The notes: generated by a model not told the origin, from the sequence alone. Positions 31,828-42,453 are shown, counted from the first letter of the stretch. The stretch: 64,000 nt of DNA from an uncultured Verrucomicrobiae bacterium (GCA_963828525.1 CAWHEP010000007.1:1-64000), one strand, 5' to 3'. Made by a program: numbers and translations.

Positions 31828-32406
31828 AATTGCTAAGATTTACGTCGATACTCCACCCTTCATTGACATGGCGAAGGCGAAGGCCGGAATGAAGATGGCC
31901 CCCGCCGATGAGAACATGCGGAGAGGGAACGGGACGTGTGGCACATGCGGAGGCTTCTAGCCGCGTCTCGCGACAGCGTTATCCGCGTGATTACTTCGTC
32001 GGTTACGATCGCTGAGTGCTTGCACCTCGGCGACCCGGCGCAGCCCGTGCCGAACGCGAATACTCAGCGCTTTTTTTCAGAGCTTCTAACATCTGGTAAG
32101 TCTGGCGTTTTTTTGACCCAACCAATCCAGTCAATTTTTGAACTCGCTCGAAGTTTGCGTTGGAAGCGACATGTCTTCCTAAAGCCGATGGATTCAATCC
32201 ATGTCGCTACAGCCTTGCACCACCGCTGCAAGGAGATCCTGACTCGCGACGGTGATATTTTTAAAGTGAGGGATCAACTCGCCGATTTAGATTTGTCTGT
32301 CGCGTTCCCGAGCCAGACTGAGCTTCTCCCGGACACATACAGACAGGATGACTTTGATGAAACGCTCCAGCAAAGAACAGAACCCCCAATAGGCGAAGAA
32401 CCGTAG
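31820..32406 (+). CDS. PIN-domain (VapC-like) ribonuclease (frameshift near 31925)
   Basis: KIYVDTPPFID, TSSVTIAECL, LKPMDSIHVATA, ILTRD contain the four PIN acidic positions. Confidence 0.85.
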
Positions 32407-32423
32407 CGTCGTAAAATCCTCAT

Positions 32424-33050
32424 TCACCTCCACTCCGCCCCAACCAGATAAGGATTCGAAGCGCGCTCCCTTCCGATCGTCGTCGATGGTCCGTGTCCCG
32501 ATAGCACCGTGACATCATCGCCGAGCGGCAGAACTTTGGCGCGAATGCCGCTGAAGAGGAGATCACGGTCACCGCCGGGAAGGTCCCACCTTCCCACCGC
32601 CCCAGCGAACAATACATCTCCGCCAAAAAGCAACCGCTCCGAGCTCGAAAAGAAGCAGACGCTCCCCGGACAATGCCCAGGCACCTCAAGCACCTGGAAG
32701 TCGATCCCCTCGTAATTCGCGGAAGCAGTCTCCACGATCGATAAATCCGCCGTCACCGGTTCCACATCGAAGTCGAAACCATAATTGCGCAGGAAGTTTT
32801 TCTCCGTAAGCAGCCGGATGCCGTCTGGATGGTAACCCACGCGGCATCCATGCTCCCTTTTGATCCGCGCCGCGTCCGCCACGTGATCTATATGTCCATG
32901 CGTCAGGAGGAGGAGCGACACCTTGTAGCCGCTCTCCTCTAGCCACGCGGCGCTATCCTGCGGCGCGTCGATCAGGATATTTCGTTCCCCGTTCTCAATG
33001 AGGAAGCAGTTCGTGTCGAAGATGCCTCCCGTGAAGGTCTTGATATTCAT
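32424..33050 (-). CDS. MBL-fold metallo-hydrolase (glyoxalase II-like)
   Basis: THGHIDH, PGHCPGS, GDVLF, GHGPSTTIGRE. Confidence 0.93.
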   Translation of the reverse strand: MNIKTFTGGIFDTNCFLIENGERNILIDAPQDSAAWLEESGYKVSLLLLTHGHIDHVADAARIKREHGCRVGYHPDGIRLLTEKNFLRNYGFDFDVEPVTADLSIVETASANYEGIDFQVLEVPGHCPGSVCFFSSSERLLFGGDVLFAGAVGRWDLPGGDRDLLFSGIRAKVLPLGDDVTVLSGHGPSTTIGRERASNPYLVGAEWR

Positions 33051-33144
33051 GTGCCTGCACAATGAAGGGGATTCTCCCCCTGCCGCAAGCCCGCGCTGCC
33101 TTGATGGCGGCGCGTCAGCCCAATCTCTGGTCCTGATGGCGAGC

Positions 33145-33850
33145 CTACGCCGCCTTTTTCTCGACGTCCTTCAGGGCAAGGATGCGCTCTTTCTTCGCTT
33201 TGTAATCCAGAGCGTGGAAGTTTCGGATCTCATCCACTCGCCGGGCCGCGTTCAGGGCGTCCAGGTATTGGGTGTATTCCCTGGCCAGTTCGTTTGTTTC
33301 CATATACCGCCCGCGCAGGTTCGGGTCGGCATAGGCTCCTGGCGTCTGCGCGCAGAAAAGATGGAATCTCAGCCAGCGGCGATCTGCGTTCGCGACCTTC
33401 TGGCTCTTGCGGAAGAACGCGATGAAGAGCAGCAGCACGAGGTAAGTATCCACCTGCGCCTGCAACTCGAGGTTCCTCGCAAAGTCTTCGCTGCCGATCT
33501 CCCGGATGCCCGACTTGAACTGCAGCGACGCGTGCAGAGCGTGGTTGATCTCCTCCACAAAAGCAATCACCGAACGGATGTTCGAGTCGCTTAGTTCAGT
33601 CCGCGGATCGTATTTCTCCAGTTGATCAATCAACCACCGCGAATAGTAAATCCCCACGTAGAGTTGATCATTAGACCTGCGCAGGAATGTGCGCGCGATA
33701 TCACTCAGCTCGCGGGCGGACGCCCCTGCCAGCCGGCTCAGTTGTTTGCAACGCGCGCTGTCTATGATGCAATCTTCAAGGTTGATCCCCGTGCGCGCGT
33801 ACAGTCCTTTCAAAAAGCGCCTGTATCTCGCTGAATAATGTGGCCCTCAT
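33145..33850 (-). CDS. Conserved hypothetical protein (frameshift near 33805)
   Basis: ATG 33850 overlaps the upstream TGA; MRATLFSEIQALFERT joins YARTGINLEDCII; EEINH and LELQAQVDTY motifs. Confidence 0.75.
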
Positions 33851-34545
33851 GAGATCAATGCGGCGGCGGGCGCGTAATCAGCGTCCAGGTTCAATAGACG
33901 GTCTGAGAGGTGATTCAAGGCGAGACGGATCGGGTGGAAATCAGCCGCAAGCGCTTCATAGATGCTGCTCAAGTCCGCCGTCCGCGCCACCGAGTGGCTT
34001 GCCACCACATTATAATTCAGGCGTCCCATCTCCTCGTAGAAAGAGAAGTTCGGTGCCCCGCGTTCCCGCCTGCGTTGGACGCTCTCGGGAAAGATGCCGC
34101 ACAGAAAGAGCGAATAGTTGCCTACATGCGCCCGTATGAGGAATGTCTGCACGGGTGAGGCGTTCCGCAGCGCAAGCAGCATATCAGAGATGTATTCCAC
34201 CGGGTTGCCGCCAGCCGCTACGGGCGAGTTCAGCCGCGCGGTTCGCGAAAAGGCTTCCAATAGCGAGGCGACGTAATCCGCGAGATGTCTGTTAGCAATG
34301 CCTGTCTCTTTTAATACACGCCGAGTGAGAATATAGAAATAGAACTGTGGAGAAATAGACAGGTTACCGCGTTGAGATAACACAGCTTGGAACAGGAGAT
34401 CATGGTCGAGAATGGTGTCCCGAGATTCTAGATCAGCCAGCAGTTCCACTAGGCTTACCGCCGCGCTGCGTGACTTGCTCAGTGTTTTCACGACGAATGA
34501 AAAATCCTCCGCCGTGAACCGATCCCGACAATTCGCTTTTATCAT
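33847..34545 (-). CDS. Conserved hypothetical protein
   Basis: MIKANCRDRFTAEDF...ISPQFYFYIL...HVGNYSLFLCGIFP; clean 232-aa ORF coupled to the next gene. Confidence 0.8.
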   Translation of the reverse strand: MIKANCRDRFTAEDFSFVVKTLSKSRSAAVSLVELLADLESRDTILDHDLLFQAVLSQRGNLSISPQFYFYILTRRVLKETGIANRHLADYVASLLEAFSRTARLNSPVAAGGNPVEYISDMLLALRNASPVQTFLIRAHVGNYSLFLCGIFPESVQRRRERGAPNFSFYEEMGRLNYNVVASHSVARTADLSSIYEALAADFHPIRLALNHLSDRLLNLDADYAPAAALIS

Positions 34546-34597
34546 CGGGTCTTTTGGAGTAGCAACGATCATGCCATTTTTCGAAAATGGCTTCTAA

Positions 34598-34957
34598 ATG
34601 CCCGACGCGCCGTTGAGTGAGTCCGTCCTTGCTGACCTTCATAAGCTCGGCGGCGAGGCTTTTGTCCGGCAGATGCTCGACGTCTTTCTTGACTACATCC
34701 CGACAAGGATCGCTGCCGCAAAGGCCGCTCAGTCGCGTTGCGATATGGATGCCCTCAGCAAAGCGGTTCATCCCGCCAAGTCCGGCGCGAACAATGTTGG
34801 CGCGCTGCGCCTCAGGGACATCGCGGCGGCTCTTGAAAAGGGCGCGCGCACCGCAACTCCCGCCCAAGTGACGGCGCTGTTGCTCCAGCTTGAAGAAGAA
34901 TTCGCCCGGGCCCGTGGTCAGGTCATTAAATGGCAATCAGACCATCCAGCGCCCTGA
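34598..34957 (+). CDS. Hpt (histidine phosphotransfer) domain protein
   Basis: VHPAKSGANNVGA matches the HxxKxxxxxxGA Hpt motif. Confidence 0.85.
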   Translation: MPDAPLSESVLADLHKLGGEAFVRQMLDVFLDYIPTRIAAAKAAQSRCDMDALSKAVHPAKSGANNVGALRLRDIAAALEKGARTATPAQVTALLLQLEEEFARARGQVIKWQSDHPAP

Positions 34958-35052
34958 CGCGTCCTGCGAGCTAAGGTTGCCCCTGAAAAGCAAACTGGCT
35001 TCTCTCCGCGAGGAAGAGAAGCCAGCCTGAGTAAAAGAACTCTGTCTCAGCT

Positions 35053-36057
35053 CTACGCCGTGACCGTGCGCACTGCGGCATCGGCATTTGTCGCGAGCGC
35101 CGTCGCCGCGTCGAAGAACGCCTGGCTCTGGCCGGTGAACAAACCGGAGTTCGCGAGGTGCGTCACTGTCGCCACCGCTCCGGCATTTGCGGTGCTGATC
35201 GGGCGGAGAACGGAACTGGGAGGCAGGCTCGCCGATAGGAATTTGCACGGAGCTGGCATGCTGTCCGCCGCAAACGCGCGCTGGTTCTTGAAGTCACCCT
35301 GCAGCGACGTCATAAACGTCGCGAGGTGATAGAATTCTGTCGGTCCGATTGACGCCAGGATCATCAATGTATCCAAAGCGCTCACTTTCAGTGTCAGATT
35401 AGCGTAAAGGCTGCTGCCGCCCTGCTCGATGTCGCCAAAGTGAAACGAGGCAGCCGTCGCGATTTGCGTCAACTTCGACGCGCTCAACCCGTTTGTGAGC
35501 GGGATTGTGGGCTGCCCGATAATGTTATCCACCTGCGGGAATGTGTCACCGAAATCAGGATTTCCCTGCTCGCGATAGCGCAGGACGTAGCTGGTGTCCA
35601 CAGTCAGAGCCCCTAGGTTGGTCAGCCGCTTTTTGCCTGAAGATCCGCTGGCGGACGACCCGGGCAAGGTCGCAAACGGGGTCAGGTCCACTGGGGGCTG
35701 GCCGACTGAAACCAGGTAGCTGTTTATGAAATTTTGATGACTGTTCTCGTCGCGGAAATCTTCGAGGATGTATTCTGGAAGGTTGATGTCGATTGCCGAC
35801 AGCGCCGCCCGGTATGGCGCGTTATTCAGCGCCAGTTCGGTGTACTGATCCCAGAGATCCGTCTCCAGCAGTTCCGCCGCGGCGAGGAAGTTTAGGATGG
35901 CGAGATCGCCAGAGGTGGGGGTGTCTCCTGTGAGCGTCTGCCCAAAGGCGCTCGTCAGGTAGCCGGCCAGGGGCAACGCAGCCCCCATGATTGCGCCGCG
36001 CCGCAGGAAAGAGCGGCGGGAAAATTGCGAGTGTGTCTGTGTGTCTTCTTGGTTCAT
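35053..36057 (-). CDS. Tat-exported ferritin-like domain protein
   Basis: SRRSFLRRG twin-Arg; LAAAELLETDLWDQY, DENSH, IEQGGSSLY, TEFYH. Confidence 0.8.
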   Translation of the reverse strand: MNQEDTQTHSQFSRRSFLRRGAIMGAALPLAGYLTSAFGQTLTGDTPTSGDLAILNFLAAAELLETDLWDQYTELALNNAPYRAALSAIDINLPEYILEDFRDENSHQNFINSYLVSVGQPPVDLTPFATLPGSSASGSSGKKRLTNLGALTVDTSYVLRYREQGNPDFGDTFPQVDNIIGQPTIPLTNGLSASKLTQIATAASFHFGDIEQGGSSLYANLTLKVSALDTLMILASIGPTEFYHLATFMTSLQGDFKNQRAFAADSMPAPCKFLSASLPPSSVLRPISTANAGAVATVTHLANSGLFTGQSQAFFDAATALATNADAAVRTVTA

Positions 36058-36172
36058 ATATTTCTCAATCGTGTGGCATGGACTGACACGGGAAGCGCGT
36101 TTTGCGCGGCCCGCGTATTTAACATACGTGCGCACATTGTTTTATGGTTGTGTGCAGACCGTATCGTCAAGG

Positions 36173-36375
36173 GGTGCGACACGCTTCCCGTCTCGGATGC
36201 AACCAATTTCAATGAGCGTCCTGCGCCTCGACCCGCGATGTCGCCACTCCGTCCACGACCCGTGTGCGGAGAACCATGCCCGCCCGCGCCTGTCGAATTG
36301 AGCGCACCACCTGCCCCGCCTCATCCGTGGTAATGCTGAAGCCCCGTTCCAGCGTCGCTTGCGGCGCGAGCACGC
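36173..36375 (-). repeat. Displaced duplicate of the xseA 3' end (direct repeat with 37361..37564)
   Basis: Long identical blocks, e.g. CTCGACCCGCGATGTCGCCACTCCGTCCACGACCCGTGTGCGGAGAACCATGCCCGCCCGCG and ATGCTGAAGCCCCGTTCCAGCGTCGCTTGCGGCGCGAGCACGC. Confidence 0.95.
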
Positions 36376-36488
36376 CTGGCAAAACTATCCGGGACGACTA
36401 CGACCTCCAATTGATTCTGACCCGAGTTGATTCATCGCTCGACAAACGAACCATAACCAAGACCGGCTTACTACCCGTCGGACTTTGA

Positions 36489-36794
36489 TCAGACCGCGTA
36501 AAGAATCTCTGGCCTCTTGATCGCAATGTCCAAGAGACGAAGTGCCGCGCCGGATGGTTTGCGCCGTCCAGTTTCCCACTTGATTTCCGTGGTGGTGGAA
36601 ACATTCAAAAGACGGGCAAAAACGGCCTGACTGGTCCCCAGTCGTTTCCGAAGTTTGAGGATTTCCCTGGGAGGAAGAGCCGTGACTTTTTTAGGAACGG
36701 GCACCTGCTTGGTTCGCAATGTGATCTTGCCTTGGGAATGGGCCAGCGCCTGTTCCATGCTTTTCTGAAGTTCGTTGAAGAGTTCTTTTTTCAT
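36489..36794 (-). CDS. higA: HigA-like XRE/HTH antitoxin
   Basis: MKKELFNELQKSM...LRKRLGTSQAVFARLLNVS...WETGRRKPSGAALRLL. Confidence 0.9.
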   Translation of the reverse strand: MKKELFNELQKSMEQALAHSQGKITLRTKQVPVPKKVTALPPREILKLRKRLGTSQAVFARLLNVSTTTEIKWETGRRKPSGAALRLLDIAIKRPEILYAV

Positions 36795-36798
36795 GATG

Positions 36799-37143
36799 TC
36801 ATTTTCTCCGATGTTGTTCAGCAATCCCCTGGGCCGTGGCTTTCAGTGTTTTCTTTTGATCTGCGGTTAGGTCGTCTGCTTCACCTTTGTCGTAAACGAA
36901 AATCATATAAATTATCTCCTCAATCAGAACAAAATAGTAAATCACTCGCGCGCCGCCGCGCTTGCCTTTTCCCCGAGCGGCCATGCGGAGTTTACGGAGA
37001 CCGCCGGTTCCCTGAATGATGTTGCCCTTCGTCGGGTCTTTTACCAACTCGGCTTGGAGATCGGCGTAAGTCTCGTCATCAGCCATCTTGACGATGCGCT
37101 TCGTAAACACATCCGTTTCGATAAAAGTGAAAGATTTTGCCAT
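36799..37143 (-). CDS. higB: RelE/HigB-2 family mRNase toxin
   Basis: FIETDVF, IQGTGGLRKLR, GKGKRGGARVIY, VYDKGEADDLT; toxin-first order. Confidence 0.92.
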   Translation of the reverse strand: MAKSFTFIETDVFTKRIVKMADDETYADLQAELVKDPTKGNIIQGTGGLRKLRMAARGKGKRGGARVIYYFVLIEEIIYMIFVYDKGEADDLTADQKKTLKATAQGIAEQHRRK

Positions 37144-37149
37144 TTGGAA

Positions 37150-37187
37150 TTGTATGACATTGTCTTAGAATAAGGTAATTTTGTCAA
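37150..37187 (-). promoter_or_regulatory. TA promoter with palindromic operator
   Basis: TTGACA (37187-37182) 17 nt before GACAAT; imperfect palindrome TTGTATGACA-T-TGTCTTAGAA at 37150-37170 overlaps the -10. Confidence 0.65.
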
Positions 37188-37334
37188 CATTGACTGTCTC
37201 GCCCTTGGGGTTCGTTGAACCCCATTTCCAACCTGTATCGTCCCTCGAATTGACACCAAAAGTGATACCGTAATGCGGGTGAAAATAGGCATCGATTAAA
37301 TGTGAGTAGGCTGGATTTCAGAGGTAAAACGGTA

Positions 37335-38740
37335 TCATTCTGAAAGCTTGGATAGGACGAGGTGCGGCACCGTTCCAGTCTCGGATGCAGCCGAGTTTAA
37401 AGACGCGTCCTGCGTCTCGACCCGCGATGTCGCCACTCCGTCCACGACCCGTGTGCGGAGAACCATGCCCGCCCGCGTCTGGCTGATTGAGCGCACCACC
37501 TGCCCCGTCTCGTCTGTGGTGATGCTGAAGCCCCGTTCCAGCGTCGCTTGCGGCGCGAGCACGCGCAACAGCCCGTCCGCGTGGCGCAGCCGCGCCCGGC
37601 TCGACTCCAGCGCGGCGCGCATCTGCTCCGAAAGCCGCCCGGTCGCCCGGCCCAGCTGCTGCCGCTTCAACTCTGTCACCTGGTCAGGTCGATGCTGATA
37701 CAGCACAGCCCGAAACGAGGTTATTGCCTGCTTCAGCAGCGCGACCCGTGACAACATGTTCCGGCGCAGCGTTTCCTCGAGCAGGTCGACCCGCTGGAAA
37801 GACTCCTCGACCAGCCTTCTTGGATCCTGAACGCCGCGGCTTGCAAGCGCTAGCCGGCTTTTCCACTGCTCGATTCGCGTCTCGGCGCTTCGCTGCAATT
37901 GCGCTCCCATCCGCGCGAACCGTGCATCCAGTTCCTTCGCGTCTGGAACGATCAGTTCGGCGGCAGCGCTGGGAGTGGGTGCCCTTAAATCCGCGACGAA
38001 GTCGCATATCGTGAAATCGATTTCATGCCCGATTGCCGAGACCACCGGTATCTTTGAGGCAAAGATAGCCCGCGCCACTGCCTCTTCGTTGAACTCCCAC
38101 AAGTCTTCCGCGCTTCCGCCTCCGCGACACACAACGATGATGTCCACCGCTGGCAAACCCGCGCTTCCCTGAAACTCGCGCACTGCCGCCGCGATCTCCA
38201 CCGACGCGCCCGCGCCCTGCACCCGGACCGGATTTATCACCACCCGCGCCCACGGGGCTCTTCGATGGAGCACGTTCAGCATATCGCGGATCGCCGCGCC
38301 AGTTGGCGATGTCACGATCCCGATCACCCGCGGAAAGCGGGGCAGCGGTTTCTTCCGCGCGGCATCGAACAGCCCCTCCGCATCCAGCTTCCTTTTTAAC
38401 GCCTCGAATTTCGCCTGCAGCGCTCCCGCGCCGCCGCCTGCGCGAAATTGACGTTTAGTTGATATTGCCCGCGCGCTTCATACACGGTCAGGGTTCCCCG
38501 CGCCTGCGCGAGCATGCCATCGGCGAGTTGCGCCTGCCGCAGATTGAGGTAGGGCCGGTGGAAAATCACGCAGCCGAGCTGGCATTTCTCATCTTTTAGC
38601 GTGAAATACTGGTGCCCCGACGCCTGCCGCCGGTGGTTGCACACCTCTCCCTGCACCCATACCTCCCCAAGGTCTGTCTCCAGCACCTCGCGGATGGCGC
38701 GCGTTACTTCCGTCACCGAGAAAAGCCCGGGCGTCTCCAT
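37335..38740 (-). CDS. xseA: Exodeoxyribonuclease VII large subunit (frameshift near 38430)
   Basis: VWVQGEV..SGHQYFTLKD, VTSPTGAAIRD, RGGGSAEDLWEFNEE, GHEIDFT, APTPSAAAE, TLERGFS. Confidence 0.95.
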
Positions 38741-38741
38741 G

Positions 38742-40112
38742 TCAGCCGCCCCTCCCATACGCTCTCGCCAGCAGCGACATGGTATGCGCCACCTTCACCG
38801 GCGAGTTTGCCGCCCGCAAACCGGCTTCGAGCTGGATCATGCACCCGGGGTTGGATGTCGCCACGATATCCGCGCCCGTTTCCGCGATGTTTGAGAGCTT
38901 CCGCTTGAGAAGCTGCGCGGACATTTCCGGCTGCGTTATGTTGTATATGCCCGCGCTCCCGCAACACCACGTCGCCTCGCGCAGTTCCACCACTTGCAGC
39001 CCGGGGATCATTGCCAGTATCTCGCGCGGCTGTTTGCTGATCTTCTGCCCATGGCATAGGTGACACGCCTCGTGGTAAGCGACTCGCCCGGCCACCGCTC
39101 CTGCCGGAGCTTTTATCCCGATCTTGCAGAGCCATTCGTGTACATGGTACAGCTTCGACGACCATTCTTTCGCGCGCGCCGCGTACCGGTCATCACCAGC
39201 CAGCAGATGCCCATACTGCTTTAGTTGGGTTCCGCATCCAGCGGCGTTGGACACGATTGCGTCCAGGCTGCCGACATCGAACATGTCGATATTCCGGCGC
39301 GCCATCTCGCGAGCAGTATCGACATCACCATTGTGCGCGTGCAAAGAGCCGCAGCAGAATTGACCGCGTGGCGTCACCACCTCGCAACCATTCTCAACCA
39401 GCACCGAGACCGTGTCCCTGTTCACCCCTGAAAATACCAAATCCTGCGCGCATCCCGTCAGCATCCCCACGCGATATCGGGCGGCGGCAGGCCGTTCCAC
39501 TCCGCCGATCAGTTCATCCGAAAAGCGCCTCGCGATTCGGGGCGTAAGTGGTTCCAGGCGCCGGGCCGCCGCCGGGAGCAAATATACCAGCCCCAGTTTA
39601 CGCGCCGCGTTCTGCAAACCCGTCGCCTGGTAGAACCATATCAAACGCCCCAGCGCCCTCAGCAACCGGGGATGCGCGAACAGGCCCCGCAAGCTGACCA
39701 CCCGCGCGAGATCCCGCTTCCAATTCCTCAGAACACCCGCCCGCTCGATATCCGCGCGCGCGTTTTCAAATAACGCCGAATACCTTACGCCCGCCGGACA
39801 CGCGGTTTCACAAGCCAGGCACCCGAGGCAAAAGTAGAGTTCTTCCCCAAACGCGCGGGTCACTTCCAGGCTGCCTTCCGCGATCCCCCGCATCAACGCG
39901 ATCCGCCCCCGCGGGCTGTTGCGCTCCAGCTTCGTCGCGTCATAGGTGGGACAAGTCGGAAGGCATAGACCGCAGTGTATGCACTGTTGCGCGACAGAGC
40001 CATCCATCGCCGGGAGGTGGAATCCCGGAACACCGCCGCCACTGGGACTGGAGCGCCCAATCTCCCGTATCCGGGCATCCGGCAGCCCGCCTGTGGAGAG
40101 ACAGGCGCTCAT
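38742..40112 (-). CDS. glcF: Glycolate oxidase Fe-S subunit-like (Fe-S)-binding protein
   Basis: CIHCGLCLPTCP, CLGCLACETACP, two CCG domains, SPRGRI. Confidence 0.85.
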   Translation of the reverse strand: MSACLSTGGLPDARIREIGRSSPSGGGVPGFHLPAMDGSVAQQCIHCGLCLPTCPTYDATKLERNSPRGRIALMRGIAEGSLEVTRAFGEELYFCLGCLACETACPAGVRYSALFENARADIERAGVLRNWKRDLARVVSLRGLFAHPRLLRALGRLIWFYQATGLQNAARKLGLVYLLPAAARRLEPLTPRIARRFSDELIGGVERPAAARYRVGMLTGCAQDLVFSGVNRDTVSVLVENGCEVVTPRGQFCCGSLHAHNGDVDTAREMARRNIDMFDVGSLDAIVSNAAGCGTQLKQYGHLLAGDDRYAARAKEWSSKLYHVHEWLCKIGIKAPAGAVAGRVAYHEACHLCHGQKISKQPREILAMIPGLQVVELREATWCCGSAGIYNITQPEMSAQLLKRKLSNIAETGADIVATSNPGCMIQLEAGLRAANSPVKVAHTMSLLARAYGRGG

Positions 40113-40120
40113 TTCCCTAG

Positions 40121-40391
40121 GAGACTGTTGAAGAACTGGGGCATGTCGCGTTGCTGCCGATTTTTGAGTTGGGCAACGCGCGAGGAGCGAGCATATCCGC
40201 TGTGATCTGTGAGTGACGAGCAACGCTGCACAACTCAAAAAGCGGCGCAACCCGAAGGGCGAGAGCAATTTGGGGCGTCTTTGCAGCGTTGCTCACTTCT
40301 TGCAGACCGCAGCGGGTATGCGCGCCACTCGCGCCTTGCCATACGCCGAAAATTACTCTTGCGCGGCATGTCGCAGCTCTTCAACAGTCTC
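40121..40391. mobile_element. MITE (271 bp) with ~30-bp terminal inverted repeats, flanked by CTAG
   Basis: Left CTAG|GAGACTGTTGAAGAACTGGGGCATGTCGCG; right end reverse-complemented CTAG|GAGACTGTTGAAGAGCTGCGACATGCCGCG; internal inverted arms GAGCAACGCTGCA/TGCAGCGTTGCTC. Confidence 0.85.
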
Positions 40392-42375
40392 CTAGAGATA
40401 CGTATCGATATCCTGCTCGCGTCCCACCCACCGCCGTATCCGGAATACATGCGCCGGTTTGCTGTGCGGCGGCAGGATCACAAAGTTGCGCCTGCCTCTC
40501 CACAAATACCGCTCGTCGGTCAGCAGATCATGCGCCTGGTATGTGTCACTCTCCATGAAGCCAAACTCCTCCACTGGCACGTGGATGTAACCCTGCCGGG
40601 TCTGATACGGATCGAGATTCACCACCACCAGGATGATGTTATCCCGCGACTTGCTCATCTTCCCGTAGAAGAGGATGTCCTCGCTCTCCGAACGATAAAA
40701 GCGCAGATTATCATACTGTTGAAGCGCGCGGTTTTCCCGCCGGATCTTGTTCAGCCGTGTGATGAATTCCTTGATGTTTCCCGCCGCGTTCCAGTCTCGC
40801 CCTTTGAATTGGTATTTCTCCGAATCCAGATACTCCTCGCGGCCAGGCAGCGCCGCGTTTTCGCAAAGTTCGAACCCGCTATAGATCCCGTAAACCGACG
40901 ACAGCGTGGCAGCCAGCACCGCCCGGATGAGGAATGCCGGACGACCCCCCTCCTGCAGGAAGAACGGCAGTATGTCCGGAGTGTTGGTAAACAGGTTGCC
41001 CCGGAAATAATCCTTCATCGCGGTCGCCGTCAGCTCCGTGAAATATTCGGTCAACTCCTGCTTCGACCCGCGCCATGTGAAGTACGTGTAGGACTGCGTG
41101 TAGCCCGCTTTTGCCAGCGCCTTCATCATCTTGGGACGCGTGAACGCCTCCGAAAGGAAGATCACATCCGGGTATTTCTCCTGCGTCCTCCCGATCAGGT
41201 ATTCCCAGAAACCCACCGGCTTCGTGTGCGGATTGTCCACTCGGAAAATCCGAACCCCTTTCTCCGCCCAGAACAGGATGACATCCGTCAACTCGTCCCA
41301 TAGCGCTCGCCAGTTCTCGTTATGGAAGTTCAGCGGATACACGTCCTCGTACTTCTTGGGAGGATTCTCAGCGTATTTTATCGTTCCATCCGGCCGCTTG
41401 AAAAACCACTCGGGATGCTCCGTCACGTAGGGGTGATCCGGCGAGCAGTTGATCGCAAAATCAAGCGCCAGCTCCATTCCCCGCGCCTTCAGTTCATCGA
41501 TCAGCCAGGCGAAATCCTCAAACGTTCCCAGCGCGGGTTCAATCGCCTTGTGGCCCCCGGCAGGTCCGCCAATCGCGTACGGCACCCCAGGCTCTCCCGG
41601 CAGCGCGGTCACCGAGTTGTTCCGCCCCTTCCGGTTCGTGATCCCGATAGGGTGGATCGGCGGAAAGTATATCACGTCGAACCCCATCTTCCGCGCGTCA
41701 TCGATGCGGCCGAGACAGTCCCGGAAAGTGGACCCCGCGTCACTCAGGCCTTCCGCGGAGCGTGGAAAAAATTCATACCACGCCGCGACTCGCGGCCCGC
41801 TCGCGATCCACCCTTACGAGAGGGTAGGGGGTGTATTGCGTCGAATCCGCCCGCCCCGCCCACGTCGCCATCAGCGCCTCCAGCTCCGTCAAGCGCGCAA
41901 TCGCATCCACCTCTTTCGGCGATGCCGCCTTCACCCTTCTGGAAAGCTCCTGCAGCCGGTCCCCGTCCTGTGTTCCTTTTGCCCTTCGCGCCGCGTTCGC
42001 GATCAGTTCCGCCCCCTCCAGCGTTTCGCTGGAAAGCTCCGGCGTGTCTGCCTCGTGCTTCTTATGAAACTCATACTGCCACGTCTTGAAAGTATCTCCC
42101 CACGCCTCAATCGTGAACTCGTGCAGCGCGTTCTCGAAAAAACGTGCATACACCGCTCCAGCGGTCATTCCCCAGCGGCTGCATATCGGTCTCGTGCCAG
42201 TCGCTATCCCCCACCTTCCGCCACTTCAACACCGCCCCCACCACGTCATGCCCATCCTTCAGGACATCGGCCTCCACCGCCAGATCCTCCCCGATTACGC
42301 GCTTTACGGATACCGCCCCCCATCCACCAGCGGCTGCACATTTTCGATCACGACAGTCTGCCTGTTTGGACTCAC
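40392..42375 (-). CDS. glgE: Alpha-1,4-glucan:maltose-1-phosphate maltosyltransferase (several frameshifts)
   Basis: VVIENVQPLVDGGRYP/VKR, DGHDVV, MGFDVIYFPPIHPIG, ENPPKKYEDVYP, FRVDNPHTKP, SEAFTRP, QSYTYFTWR. Confidence 0.95.
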
Positions 42376-42420
42376 AAGCTTCGATATTCGAACAACCCGC
42401 AAACCTTGGCAATCGGAAAT

Positions 42421-42453
42421 AGCCCAACGTAAGGAAGCCTCGCCGAGCCGACC
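42421..42453 (+). repeat. Degenerate REP copy
   Basis: AGCCCAACGTAAGGAAGCCTCGCCGAGCCGACC resembles the 19483-19514 unit. Confidence 0.6.

Noticed and set aside
40113..40268. N-terminal extension of the GlcF ORF
   Set aside because: It reads through the MITE; the likely start is 40112
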